Assembly (NCBI RefSeq): GCF_016433145.1
Contig: NC_058133.1
Coordinates: forward strand, 252,432,693 to 252,496,692
Direction of reading: 5' to 3'
DNA from: Gracilinanus agilis
Lineage: Eukaryota
Length of the DNA: 64,000 nt
Part shown: one piece after another, positions 12,301-26,213 of the stretch
Layout of the letters: the number at the start of each line of letters is the position of its first letter
Position numbering within the stretch: the first letter of the stretch is position 1
Translations under genes and position numbers: made by a program
The notes under the pieces: model-generated
Database searches by the model: none
What the model saw: the letters and a program-made list of their open reading frames with translations, nothing else
What the model was told of the DNA's origin: nothing

Positions 12301-13587
12301 CACCTTCTGTATTCCCTTCTCCATCCCCAAACATATAACAGGGATAGGTTTCTCCCACCCATCTCTCTCAGCAGCTGTTCTAGGAAGCCCTCTTATCCTC
12401 TTGTCCTTACTAATCTGACTCCCCCTATCCTGTGTCTCTGCAGCATGGGGGCCTGGGCAGCGCCCCTCTATCCCAGTGGGTGGCCGAGGCAGGACCTCTA
12501 TGGGGTGGGCTAGAGAAGAGTGGGGGCAGTGGAAGTCTGGGGCTCTGGGAAGAAACACTCAAGGGCAGCAGCAACCTGGCCAGGAGCCTGGGCCTCAAGA
12601 ACAGCCGAAGCAGTCCTTTGCTCAGGTGGGTGTGGGGCCTGGTCTAGTCTGGGAGGAAAGTGGGCAGGGAAGCAGCAGGGTAAAAGATGGGGCAGGGTCA
12701 ACCCTGTCTTCATCCTATTGTTCTTCTGACAGTGATTCCTATGGCCACCCTTCTGGCCGACCAGGGCGAAAGAAGACAGATGAGGAAGAAAAGTTGCTGA
12801 AGCTGTTGCAGGGCATTCCTAAGCCCCAGGATGGCTTCACCCAGTGGTGTGAACAGATGCTTCACACACTGAGCACCACTGGGAGCCTAGATGGTATGGG
12901 CAGGGCACAGTGGGGGAGCCAGGGCCTCTGTAACCCTACTCAGGTAGTCCCTGATATTTCCCACAAACCCCTACAGTGCCCATGGCTGTGGCGATCCTGA
13001 AAGAGGTGGAATCCCCTTATGATGTCCATGATTACATCCGGTCCTGTCTAGGGGACACATTGGAAGCCAAAGAATTTGCCAAACAATTCTTAGAGCGGAG
13101 GGCTAAGAATAAGGCTAGTCAGCAGCGGCAGCAGCAGCAGCAGCAGCAGGTGGGAATCCAGAGGGACTAATACGTGGCCAGTGGGGGACTAATGCTCTTT
13201 GCTCTGGTTATGGCAGTGGTGTCTCTGCTTTCCTTCTGATCATCTGCTGTGCTTACAGGAGGCATGGCTCAATACAAGCTCCCTACAAGCTGCTTTCCAA
13301 ACTAATCACAGCACCAAGCTGGGCCCAGGAGAGGGCAGTAAGGCTAAGAGGAGAGCACTGATGCTGCATGCAGATCCCAGCATCTTGGGTAGGTATGATG
13401 GTTGGGGATCCCTTCCTATGGAGCCAAAATTGGGGGGGGAGGGGGCGGGAAGGCTGTAGGAGCAATGGAACCAGTTGGTGACAGTCTGAAAGAATGTTCA
13501 GATTGTTTTCAAATCCCTTACTCCCTGGCCTCAGGCTACTCCCTGCATGGATCCCCCAGTGAGATCGAGAGTGTGGAGGACTACTGA
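6364..13587 (+). CDS. GIGYF1: GRB10-interacting GYF protein 1 (4EHP-binding translational repressor), 24 coding exons, 1022 aa
   Basis: Exons: 6364-6398, 6493-6622, 6763-6858, 7045-7156, 7281-7389, 7722-7762, 7963-8133, 8338-8588, 8701-8809, 9194-9331, 9492-9583, 9744-9915, 10035-10201, 10458-10558, 10676-10789, 10898-10998, 11337-11419, 11505-11642, 11794-12003, 12444-12625, 12733-12893, 12977-13149, 13259-13388, 13535-13587. All introns are GT-AG and the sum is 3069 nt. The protein starts MAAETLNFGPEW and ends EIESVEDY*. It has the 4EHP motif YRYGREEML, the DDX6-binding region LPEW...GTFDSSGAF (8511-8576) and the GYF domain WFYKDPQGEIQGPF...WFQAGYF. Confidence 0.98.
13129..13149 (+). repeat. 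GIGYF1: (CAG)7 coding repeat (polyQ) ending at a splice donor
   Basis: cagcagcgg followed by (cag)7 and then |gtggg. Confidence 0.95.
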
Positions 13588-15750
13588 ACAGCCAGCCCCA
13601 CAGCCCCACCTGAGGGGGGGAAGGAGGTGGCTTGGATACCTGGGACCCTGAGCCTGGCCAGGTTCCCCCTGGGTAGGGGGAAGGCAGAAGCTGGAGGAAG
13701 AAGAGGCAGAGTCCTCAGCACTTGTTACAAACCACATGATGCACCTTAACTCACCCACCACGAGGCACTTTACAGATTTGGGGGGGAGGGGGTTGGGGGG
13801 AGGGTTTTTTTTATTAAAAAAAAAACGGAAGAAAATGTAAAAAAAAAGAAAAACAAAAAACTAGACTTCCCCCTCCCCTCCCAGTACCCTTTCTCCCCTT
13901 TGGGAGTTGAAGGGTTTGGGATTGATTGGGGTGGCAATGGAGTCCCAAGGGTCCCTTTAAAAAAAAATGATGAGAGGGGAGGGTGGGTTCTGATTTAAAA
14001 AAACAAAACACTGTTATTTGGGGGTGATAAAGGGACTAAGGCCCAGGGACCTGCCTAGTCCATGTTCCTCCTCCCCTAGGCTGCACTTAGCCTTTGCCAC
14101 CCCATACACCAGCCCTCTGTGTAACTGGAAGCTTGGGGCAAGAACAGTTTGCACAGTAGGGTCTCCTTTGACTCTGTTGGACCCGCTGTGAACTGCTTGG
14201 GGTTGTTCCTGTGATTGTTGCTGATGTTTCTGGGGGGCAGGGGCTGAGGAAGCCATCCCTGCTCTGCTGCTTTAGGGGTAAGTTGCACAAATCCGATGGG
14301 CCCACCAGCCTGTTCCCCTTGGCTGGGTATGTGGGAATGGGGCCTTGTGTCAGTGTTAGCCCTGTTATGGGAGCAAGAAGCAGTGGCCCTTGATTGAGGG
14401 GCTTCCTTCCATTTCTGCCATTGTGGGCGGGGAGGGACTAGTGCTGGGTAACCCAGTTCCCCAGTCCCCATATGAATGTATTTTTTGGGACATGGCACCT
14501 ATGCCCTAGCCCCACCCCTCAGTTTTTGGCAGAAGGAATAGGGAATGGACAGCCCCCTCCAGCAGCTGCCCTCCCTTTGACATAGAAGGGTAGGAATACA
14601 AGGAGGTAAAGGCAGCCTGGAGATGGGGTTCAGGGGTGGGAGGTGGGGGGGTGGGGTTAGAGGTGTGCTTCACACAACTTAAATTTGACCAAATTGGAGA
14701 GGAACAATGGTCTCTCTCCACTCCCTTCTCCCTTTTTACAAATACTGTGATGGGGGAGTTGGGGAGGATGTCAAGACATGTCTGTCTTGTGTAAGGGTAG
14801 GTTGGGATTTCTTTTTCTTTTATCATCTAATCTGTATCCATCTGAGTTTTCTTACATTGTCTCCCCAACATTATCCACACTGCTCTCAATCCCCCAGAGT
14901 GCACAGTATTAGGCTAGGGATTTGCCTCTACCTCCCCCTCATGAATGTACTTGTTCCCCTACCCTGGGGGAGGAGGGGAGGGGGGAGAGCAACATTACCC
15001 CCTTGGACCCCATACTTTTTTTTTATTTTATTTTTATTTTTGCACCAAAGTGGCAACTGGTTCAGAGTTGGTCATGGCCTTGGGTGGGGGAGGCTCCCCT
15101 ACTTGCTTCCCCTTGGCTTCTTCAACAGTGTTAGTGTCTGTGTAATACTCTCTAAAGCAATAATGGGGATGGGGGTTTTGTTTTGTTTGTTTGTTGTTTT
15201 GTTGCTGCTGGCCTCCCTGACTCCCCCTTCCCTTCACTCCCTGCCCTGCCTTCTGCCAGTATTCAGTGGCATTAGAGGTGGGGGAGGGCTACTATTGTGA
15301 CTGAATGTAACCACCCCCCTGCCACAGCCAGTGTGTGTAGGGAGGCTGATTATCCCTTTCCTCATGTCTTCCCCTCCCCTCCCCCAGCTGAAGAGACTGA
15401 ACTTAGGGGACCCTTGAGCCTGGAGTGGCCTTAACCCTGTGAGGAAGCTGGAGGGAGGGAACCTCTCTCCCACCCCCATCCCCTTTCTGAGAGTGGTCAA
15501 TGTTTACAAATCTCTGAGCCCCTCAGCCCAGGGACTCTGTACCCTGTTTCCATCCTATCTCTTTCCCCCCCCCCCCAACTGGTCTTCCTGGACCCTGGCT
15601 GCACCCTCTTCCCTGGGGCAGGGGCAAGGGAGAGGCCAGTCTGTTTGGTCTGCCTTTTTGCCCATACCCCAAATTCTATGTGACAATATCCCTCACCTCC
15701 CCCATGTAAATACCCACCCCTCAAATAAAACTTAGTGTGTGTTTTCTCCC
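13588..15750 (+). other. GIGYF1: GIGYF1 3' UTR (end approximate)
   Basis: Repeat-free sequence rich in G and C runs, from the stop codon to AATAAA at 15724 followed by a GU-rich element (gtgtgtgttttct). Confidence 0.75.
15724..15729 (+). terminator. GIGYF1: GIGYF1 polyadenylation signal AATAAA
   Basis: AATAAA with upstream TGTA (15705) and a downstream GU/U-rich element. Confidence 0.8.
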
Positions 15751-16315
15751 CTTACGCCTCAGCCATCTCTTTATTGGGGGGTAGAGGGAAGCCAGAAGGG
15801 GGTTGTATTGGTTCCAGGGACCCCTGGGACAGTAGTTGAGTTTCAGGAAAGAGGTAGTAACAGATTGAGTACCTTCAGCTAGCCTACCTCCAAGAATAAA
15901 TCCCTTTAAATTTCACTTGTGACTCAGGTAAAGGAAATTCCACATCCTCACTTCTTGCTTTCACTTGGGCCCTGACCTTTGGTCAAATGGAACTCTGGGA
16001 ACTGTGAGGAAGAGGCAAAATTGCAACTTCTTCCCTTCTCTTAGATCTGTTCTCAAGATTTTCAGGTGCTTCTCTGATCAGTCCTCTGAGTAGCATTGCT
16101 CAAAAAATATTTGTGGCTCAGCTGCATATACCACCTATCCTTTTGTCTAATCCACACCCTCATTCTGGCCTTCTAATCCAGGGGAATGTGAATGTATCCC
16201 ATTTTCCAATAGTGCTGAGTTTTTCCCTGGGCAGTAATGCCTGGAAAGGGACTTTTGGGGGGTGAAGAGGCAAAGCAGGGGCAGAGAGGCTGGGTACAGA
16301 GTTGGAATTGGTTCC

Positions 16316-16321
16316 TTTATG
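16316..16321 (-). terminator. GNB2: GNB2 variant polyadenylation signal CATAAA
   Basis: The minus strand reads ...ttttattttaatttttattatattttctgtttttcCATAAAggaaccaattccaactctgt: a U-rich upstream element followed by the variant hexamer. It resembles the human GNB2 mRNA end as I recall it. Confidence 0.65.
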
Positions 16322-16636
16322 GAAAAACAGAAAATATAATAAAAATTAAAATAAAACCAGTTTTAAAAAGCCACCTCCTGGAGCTTCCCACTCTTGGCCC
16401 TGTCCCTGGCCCTCCAGCAGGGAGAGGCTCCTGACCAAGGAAGGCAAAGAAGAGGGTAGGGAGATTTCCCCCCCAAACCCATCCCCATCTCTGTGGGGAG
16501 GAAATGAGCCCCAGGGAGAAGGGAGCCCAGGCTCAGGTGTGGACCACCAGTCCCCTCCCCCCCCCCCTCAGCTCCTGGCCTGTAGTGTGGGGCACTGCCC
16601 CCCCCTTCCTGGTCTGATACATTGGCTGTGTGGCAG

Positions 16637-19374
<2,738 letters not shown>

Positions 19375-20727
19375 GGTGGCAGCAGGGCAGCAGGGCCCCG
19401 GGGATACACAGGTAGCTCTTCAGCGTCCAAGGAGATCTAGGGAGGGGGCTGGAGTCAGAGGTTGGTGCCTCCAAGATGTTGGAGAGAAGGGGGATGAAAG
19501 GGTCTGTGTCTCAAGGGCAAGGAGAACAAGATGTTCCTTCTTTCCTCTTCCCTCCTCAATCACAGAGAAAATGACCTGTGTCCTCACAGCCCAGGGAAAT
19601 CAAATTGAAATCTGAGGATCAAATACATACAAGCAGCAGTAAACTATCCCTCCACACTTTCATCAACTCAGATAAGGTAAGACTGCTAGTCCTCTCCCTT
19701 CTGAGCCAACCAGCACTAGATATCAATCTTCAAAGTTGGAAGCCAGGATTAAGTTTGAAGCAGCCACAGAGACCTCCCCCTTCCTTGTCCTTCTGCCCCC
19801 TCCCATACCCTATGCCCCATTGTTACCCAGGAAATTGCAAAAAAAAAAAAAAATACAAAGGGCACCTCCTGTCCTCTTCCTACCCATTAAAATTTTTTAA
19901 TGAGGAAAAGGGCCAGTTTAAACCCAACCCCCATTCCTACCCCACATATACACACTCCACTGCAAAGGAGAAAGCTAGGAAAGGCTGGGTTGGTTCATGG
20001 GGTTGCCTAGGCAACTGTCATCCAAAGAACACCTCACTGCTGTTCTTCATTGGCCAACTGCCCCACCACTGCCTGTAGCCCCAGCAACGACATCCCCAAC
20101 TAAGCCCCAAGGAGAACAGTGACCCATCCCCTTCCAGCTTCTACCCAAAGGTTCTGGACCTAGCAGTCCTTCCCCAGGTTCTGGAGTGGTTGTTTAAGAC
20201 TGTGGAAAGCCCATAGGAAGATTGTGGGCTTGGGACTCCTCAACAGGGATCATCCCAAAACTAGTTGCATCCTACTAGCCTCCTGTGTGATCCTGTTAAC
20301 CAAATGGGGCTTAGGAACCCCCAGACTGCTTCCTGCAGTCTCTTGGCCCTAATCCCTCCTTCCTTTCCTCTCCAGGGCACTCAATGATAGCAAGCAGACG
20401 CCCCAGGGAGCCACTCAGGAGTAATTAGATTCTTCCAAAGGAGACAGATAGACACTCCTGGCAGAGAAGCAACATTGCTCTCTCCCAGTCGAGCCAGTCC
20501 AATCATACTGCTAGGGACCCAAGTGCTCTGACCCTGCTTTGTTCTGGGGACCCAAGGTATCCTACTCCATTCTACTCTGAATTCAAAACTATGCTTTTCC
20601 CTTTTCCAGGGACCTAGGAATCTTAAAAATCTGCTCCAGAACTTGGGCATCCTGATACCATTTACTTTGGGATTCAAGCATTCTGGCCCTCATAAAATTA
20701 TAGATATGCCACCCATCCAATCCAAAT

Positions 20728-20888
20728 GTTCCTAAAATTTTTTGTATCAGAGAACCCCTATGGCAGTCTGATAAAGCTCCTGGACCTATTCTCACAAAGT
20801 AATTAAATGCATAAAATAAAACACATAGAATGACAATGAAAATCAATTATATTGAGATAGCATATATTTTTTTTTAAGTTTATGAACC
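20728..20888 (+). mobile_element. Charlie4-like hAT fragment (second copy)
   Basis: Aligns by eye to 5390-5600: ...ccccta tggcagtctg...ttctca...aaatgcataaaataaaacacatag...caattatattga...aagtttatgaacc. Confidence 0.6.
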
Positions 20889-20894
20889 TTAGAC

Positions 20895-21010
20895 CAATCT
20901 AACCCTCTTGGTAAAGAAACTGAGGCCTGGAGAAGTGCCCAAGATCACACAGGTGATTCTACGGAAGCGGAATTTGAACTCACACCTATCCACTGTTTAC
21001 CACTCTTTCC
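20895..21010 (-). mobile_element. MIR-like SINE fragment
   Basis: gaaactgaggcctggagaagtgcccaagatcacacag...gaatttgaactc is the reverse of the MIR core. Confidence 0.55.
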
Positions 21011-21819
21011 AATGTAACACAAGTTCTGCTCCATGCTGCTCTTAGGACCTAGATCACCTTATGTGCCCCACATTTTAGGAACCAGATCCCTCCCTGAGCT
21101 TGGTAGACCCTCCTTTCCTAAGGATGACTTTTCCTTCATTTCCCCAATTCCTGGGCCATTGAGGATGAATTCCATATCAGATATCTTGGGAGAGAAGGAT
21201 GGAGTGAAGCAGAAAGGGAAGCAAAACGCCTCTCCCACTATTAAAAGCAATCAACTCAAGATGAGGAAAAGAAGAAGGGTAAATGCTTCCCAAATGCTGC
21301 CATGCCTCTTCTTCAGTCAGAAAGAATCCTGGGGTGGAGGAAATCCCAAAGAAGTGTGAAAAGGGGAAGGCAAATGTGGGATAGATTTCGGTTTAGGGGT
21401 ACGGAAACCTGACCCCTCAAGCCTCCTCGAAAGCTAGGGACGTGAGAGTTTGGCAAATGAGCCAAAGATCCAGTTCCCAGGAAGAGCAAGGAGGAAAGAA
21501 ATCTGCACCCCCCTCCACCTCCACCCCACCCCATTTCCTCCCAGAGCTTTTCTGGAGCTCCAAGAAAGCAGCTTGATTGGGGGTCAGGGACTAACTGGGT
21601 TTGCTTGGGAGGTGGAGTCTCTCCAGGTATGGGGAGTGGGAACTGAAACCACTGGATAGAGGGTAAATGGGGGGAGGGGAGAGAGGGAAAGGAGGGGTGT
21701 GTTCCCTCCCCCAAACCCCCCACCCAAGTGCAATCAGGGTCACCGAGAAAAGCCAGCAAAAGCTGGGGCAAGAAGGGAAAGACCAAAGGAGACCCCTCCA
21801 AATCCACGACCCCACCCCC

Positions 21820-22830
21820 AACTCCCAGGGGCGCGGGAGGCAGCCGGAGGCGGGGTCCTAGGGGTCCTAGGCAAGGATGAGGGGGCGCGCGGAACGTTCT
21901 TGGGGGGCGAGGGTCCCCCCACTTCCACTTCCGGGTTTGGGAGAGGACGGGGCACGACGAGGGGAAAGGAGTGGGAGGGAGGCCGGAGAGTTACGTCCGC
22001 TCCCAGGAGGCCAGGCCCCGGAGGCGGAAGGAAGATAAGCTCCCCCAGCGTAGGGGTGGGGGAAGATTGGGGGCTTCGAGGGGAAAAGGGGACTCCTTTT
22101 GCCCGCGGAGGTACCTGTGGCGGTAGATTTCTGCGGTGGGGAGGGGGGGTCGCAGGGACACGCTCGGGGTCCCTGTCTCCCTCCGCGGCGGAGGCGGCGG
22201 CGGATGGATCTCTCAAAGTCTCCCTCAAGTGAGTGCAGCCTACACTGCTCTCCCCACAGCGGAGGGATCCCGCCCGGTCGTGACGTGATCGCTGTGGCCC
22301 GCCGCGCCCAGGGTCCGGCAGAGGATGAGACCAACTGACGCAGGAGGGTACAGCGTGGAAAAACACGCTGTACGACTTATGCGTTAGCTCCGTCACAGGC
22401 AAGGAGAGACAAATTCACCCTCTCCCGACGCTAAAGGAGTCGTAACGGGAGAATTGTGCCCCCGAAGCGGAACATTACGTCCCTCCAGGGACTGGTCCAA
22501 TTGGTACCAGCCCAGGAGGGGTGGGGGCATGAAGCCGCTCGGCAGTCACGTGATCACCCCCTCCGCCCCTCCCGGAATAGGTGGTTCCGGAATGGGAGGA
22601 GGGAGTGCTGTTCCCTTATTACCCAGCCTGACCGCGCCCCCGCCCGCCAGCCCGGCCTGGGGACCGCCCCGTTCCGCCCTGACCCGACCTGACCCGAAGC
22701 CAGAGACCCTGGTGTGCCTGGAGCGGGCGGCAGAGGAATAAAGGAAGGGACCTTAGGGGTGTAGAAGGGCGTCTGGGAGCATTCAGTTCTCCAGAGCCCC
22801 ACTTCGACCTGGCGTAGTGGCTAGAGTGCA
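21820..22830. promoter_or_regulatory. GNB2: CpG island / GNB2 promoter
   Basis: CpG-dense. Contains TGACGTGA (22281-22288), palindromic CCAATTGG (22497-22504), GTCACGTGAT (22545-22554), ETS-like CCGGAA/TTCCGG sites and GC boxes. Confidence 0.9.
22115..22280 (-). other. GNB2: GNB2 non-coding exon 1 (5' start approximate)
   Basis: Minus-strand donor ctaccgccacag|GTACC at 22115/22114, with a GCC-rich leader (ccatccgccgccgcctccgccgcggagg). It probably splices to the acceptor at 19436. Confidence 0.8.
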
Positions 22831-22990
22831 GGCGGAGGATAGACTTGGAGGCAGGGAGACCTGAATTCAAATCTTGTCTCAAGCCTTTAGAAATTGTGTG
22901 ACCCTGAGTAAGTCACTTAAATTCTCTGAGCCTCAATTCCTCCAATTGTAAAATGAGGGTACTGGACTTCACCTGAAAGGTCCTTTCCTT
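22810..22990 (+). mobile_element. MIR-like SINE
   Basis: A-box/B-box-like head and core tgtgtgaccctgagtaagtcacttaa..ctctgagcctcaattcctc...tgtaaaatgaggg. Confidence 0.7.
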
Positions 22991-24149
22991 TTCTCAATCC
23001 ATGGTTTTATGAAATGGTGCACACTAGCTGTGGGGCTTTATTGAAGTGACTATGCATCAAAGTTAGCTGTAAAATAAAGGGAGTTGGGTTCGATGTCCCT
23101 TTGCCTCTTTATATACATTCACTAAAAGAGTCAGCCTGTTGAAATGGAAACCTCGGTCCTGGACCAAGACCTGCCTCTAACTCCCTATGTGATCCTTCCC
23201 CCTCTCTGGCATATCCCTTCACCCTAATGTGCTTCAGTCTCCTCCCTTGAAAAATGAGGATCATTAATAGATTCCTTGCTGCTTCTACAAAAGCTTGATG
23301 GGACGGTGGAGATGATGAATTTAAAAGGACTTTGGAAGGGCAATAATGATCTCATATTAAGATAGCCAGACCTTTAATGTTTGTAGGTCATTTTCTTCAC
23401 AACCGCCTCTTATGGAAGGTTGTAAAAGCTGTCATAGAATGATATTCAGAGAAGTTTTAAGTGACTTGCCTATAGTGACACAAGCTAGTGCCAAAGCTGG
23501 GAGTCCACTGCTTGTAACTTACGGTCTAGTGTTCTTTCCAGTGAATGATTAGTCACCAAATGTCATCTGTAAAGTCTCACCAGAGAAATAATGGCATTAA
23601 AAAGCAAGTTTATTGAACTACAGATATGATCTTGAGCAAGTCAATTCTGTGGGCCCCAGAATAATCAGCTTATTGTGCATCATCGTGGTGACGTAGTGTA
23701 GTCAAGAAGTACAATTGAATTTAACACCAACCTTATGGCCAGGTTTCTAAGTTTTAAGTGTCTATTTTTGTAAAATGAGGATAAGAGGATAATAATACTG
23801 TTTAGAGTTAATACTGTGATTGCTCATGGCATTGTGCTAATTATATCAATCTGGAATATTTCATGTCCCTGGAAGAGATCTATAAGTATTGAAAGCTATT
23901 TGGCCTAACTAGCCATAGAGAGGGGGGGAGGGAGGGGGAAGTGGTTGGAGATCTGTTGTCTAGAGTAGGAAAATGCAGTTGGATGAACAACCATCAAGCT
24001 TGTCTAAGTGACACAGTGGATAGAGGGCTGGATAGTTAGAAAGGGCCAAGTTAAAATCTTGACCCAGATATGTAACTACCTAACTCTAGTCAAGTGACTC
24101 AACTCTACCTCTTTTCCTCATTTGTAGAATGAAGCTTCACTAAGACTTA

Positions 24150-24765
24150 TCCTTGTATATAGGATGCTAGTCAAACAAAGTTGTATTGTACTTAATATTC
24201 CCCGGAGTGTTTGTGTGTCTTAGACAATACAAATGGATAATAATTTGAGCATGTAATTAGCGGGAAAAGAGCACATTGGACTGCCTTTGGGAAATTGCAG
24301 GGAAATTTTTTAATTACTCCAAACTTCTTTAGTAAACAAGGGTCCATCTTTTAATACTGTTGTTTCATAGATACTGTATGGCTTTCAGCTGTACCTGGAA
24401 TACCATGAATTCCATGGAATAATGCAGTGTCCTAAGAATTTAAAATGAGTATCATAGCAATTGTTGGGTGCAAGCTGATTCAACATACAAACCAGGAACT
24501 TCAAAGAAGAACCAGAGTAAAGACTGTCATAAGGGAATGTGTGATTGAAAAAGAAGATGGGTTGGTCACTCAGGAAGAGAGATAATCTAACCCTAACCCT
24601 ACTACATTGTGCTACATTCATGTGTTCCACTTGTGTCTTCACAATGTCCTGAGCAAATAAAGCTCCCAGGAATGGGTGGACCCCTTGTGGCAAATTTATG
24701 GTCATACATGGATATATTGTAATCTGCATAATTGGAGGGAATGCCTATATCAATGAAAGTATGTG
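24150..24765 (+). mobile_element. RTE-clade LINE 3' fragment (degraded RT C-terminal region)
   Basis: Motifs ggactgcctttgggaaattgc, gaaaaagaagatgggttggtcac, gggtggaccccttgtgg and atctgcataattggagggaatgcctatatcaatga resemble marsupial RTE 3' ends. Family recalled from memory. Confidence 0.6.
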
Positions 24766-25051
24766 AGTAATACAGTAGGTACTTTCTCCTTCAAAGAGTT
24801 GTTTTGAGGAAAGTGCTTTGCAATTTTTTAAGCATTTGGTAAATATTATTTCTATAGCCTCTTAAAGTCTTAAGTGTAAGAGGATATTATGTTTGTCCAA
24901 CATCTTATAGTTTACAAAGAACTGTTATCTCATTTGATCTTCTGTGATATGTGAACTAGCTAGTGTAAATAGGCAGCTTGGTGAAGCTCCACCAGAGAAA
25001 GGTTGCATTTTGGGTTGCCTGGGCCACACATATGCCTCACTATTATTGTAC

Positions 25052-25247
25052 TTTTTTTTTTACCCCCTTAACCATCTGTCTTAGAATCCATACAAGTATC
25101 TATTCCAAGGCAGAAGAGCAGGAAGAGCTAGGCAATTGGGGATAAGTTACTTGCCCTAGATCACACAGCTAGGAAGCGTCTGAGGTCAGAATCCAGGACC
25201 TCCTCTCTCCAGAACCTGGCTCTCTGTCCACTGGGCCACCTCACTGC
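25052..25247 (-). mobile_element. SINE1_Mdo-like SINE (long-tail type)
   Basis: T-tail, then aacc..tcttagaatc...ccaaggcagaagag...ctaggcaattggg...tcacacagctaggaag..tctgagg. Confidence 0.75.
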
Positions 25248-25519
25248 ATTGTTCTCTTAATTTTGTGCCCACTTTTCCCATGGGCACTGTTTATATTTGT
25301 AGGATAGGGTACCCAAGACTTTTGGGGGAAATGTTTTATAATTAATATTCTTTGTATGTTAGCTTGATGCCCTTTGTAAGAAGCTGATTGTGTCTATTGG
25401 CTAATTGTTGGTGGGGCCTTGTGAGCTATCTATAATAGGAGTGAGTACCTATAGGGTACCTTGGAGAACTAGTGGAAGTAGTAGCCACTTTGTGGGGAGG
25501 GGATGCTACAATATATTTG

Positions 25520-25712
25520 GTTCATATCTATTATATTAATTTAGGAAATTTCTAATGTGGAAACCCCTGCCACCACTTAAGATCAGTATTTCCATTATAA
25601 TTTGTAGTCCTAAAGACTTACTTGGATCACTGAAGGGTTAAATGATTTGCTCAGTAACTTAGCTAGGGTATATCAGAGGTAGGACTTGAACTCAGGTCTT
25701 TTAGGACTTCTA
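25520..25712 (-). mobile_element. Old marsupial CORE-SINE (WALLSI4-like)
   Basis: Tail similar to the elements at 29755-29843 and 50172-50385, plus a CORE segment and a B-box (ggacttgaactcagg). Confidence 0.5.
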
Positions 25713-26023
25713 GTCTCTGCATTGGTCCTTGTGGAAACCATAGAATAGGTGTCTTTGAAGAATGAAAAGAACAGAAGTTGGCACCAAGGAGAATATGTGG
25801 GGATTATGGGTAAAGATCTCTATCAATTCCCTAACAATATCTAATCTTGTCACCTGTTCCCTTCCTCTCCTCTTTTTCTCAAAGCAGATTTTCTCCTTTC
25901 TGTCCTCTTTTCCCAGTCCTTCACCAGAAGGAGGCAGCTCTATCCTTGGTGGAGATTAGAACCATCAGGATCAGGACATGTCCTCAGCAAGGTGGGAGGA
26001 GACTTTTAAGAATATCAATTTGA

Positions 26024-26213
26024 GGGGCAGCTGGGTAGCTCAGTGGAGTAAGAGTCAGGCCTAGAGACAGGAGGTCCTAGGTTCAAACCCGGCCTCAGCC
26101 ACTTCCCAGCTGTGTGACCCTGGGCAAATCACTTGACCCCCATTGCCCACCCTTACCAATCTTCCACCTATGAGACAATACACTGAAGTACAAGGGTTTA
26201 AAAAAAAAAAAAA
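26024..26213 (+). mobile_element. Young full-length SINE1_Mdo with 15-bp TSD
   Basis: Runs ggggcagctgggtagctcagtgg...ggttcaaacc...caagggttt plus an A-tail. Perfect TSD AAGAATATCAATTTG at 26008-26022 and 26214-26228. Confidence 0.92.

Noticed and set aside
14707-15300. 197-aa ORF and other ORFs in the GIGYF1 3' UTR
   Set aside because: Non-ATG starts and low-complexity translation of U/G/C runs; no protein-like features.
19578-20078. 166-aa ORF antisense in GNB2 intron 1
   Set aside because: Non-ATG start, runs through an A-tract, and has no homology or splice support.
21740-22402. 220-aa minus-strand ORF (also 21699-22232 on + and 15-437 on +)
   Set aside because: These lie in GC-rich CpG islands where stop codons are rare. 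They use non-ATG starts, are Pro/Gly/Arg-rich and cross the GNB2 exon-1 donor, with no recognisable domain.
24587-24600. CTAACCCTAACCCT telomere-like repeat
   Set aside because: About two units inside a degraded LINE, too short to call an interstitial telomeric sequence.
26024-26100. tRNA-like A-box/B-box sequences (here and in many other copies)
   Set aside because: These are heads of tRNA-derived SINEs followed by CORE and tail sequence, not tRNA genes.
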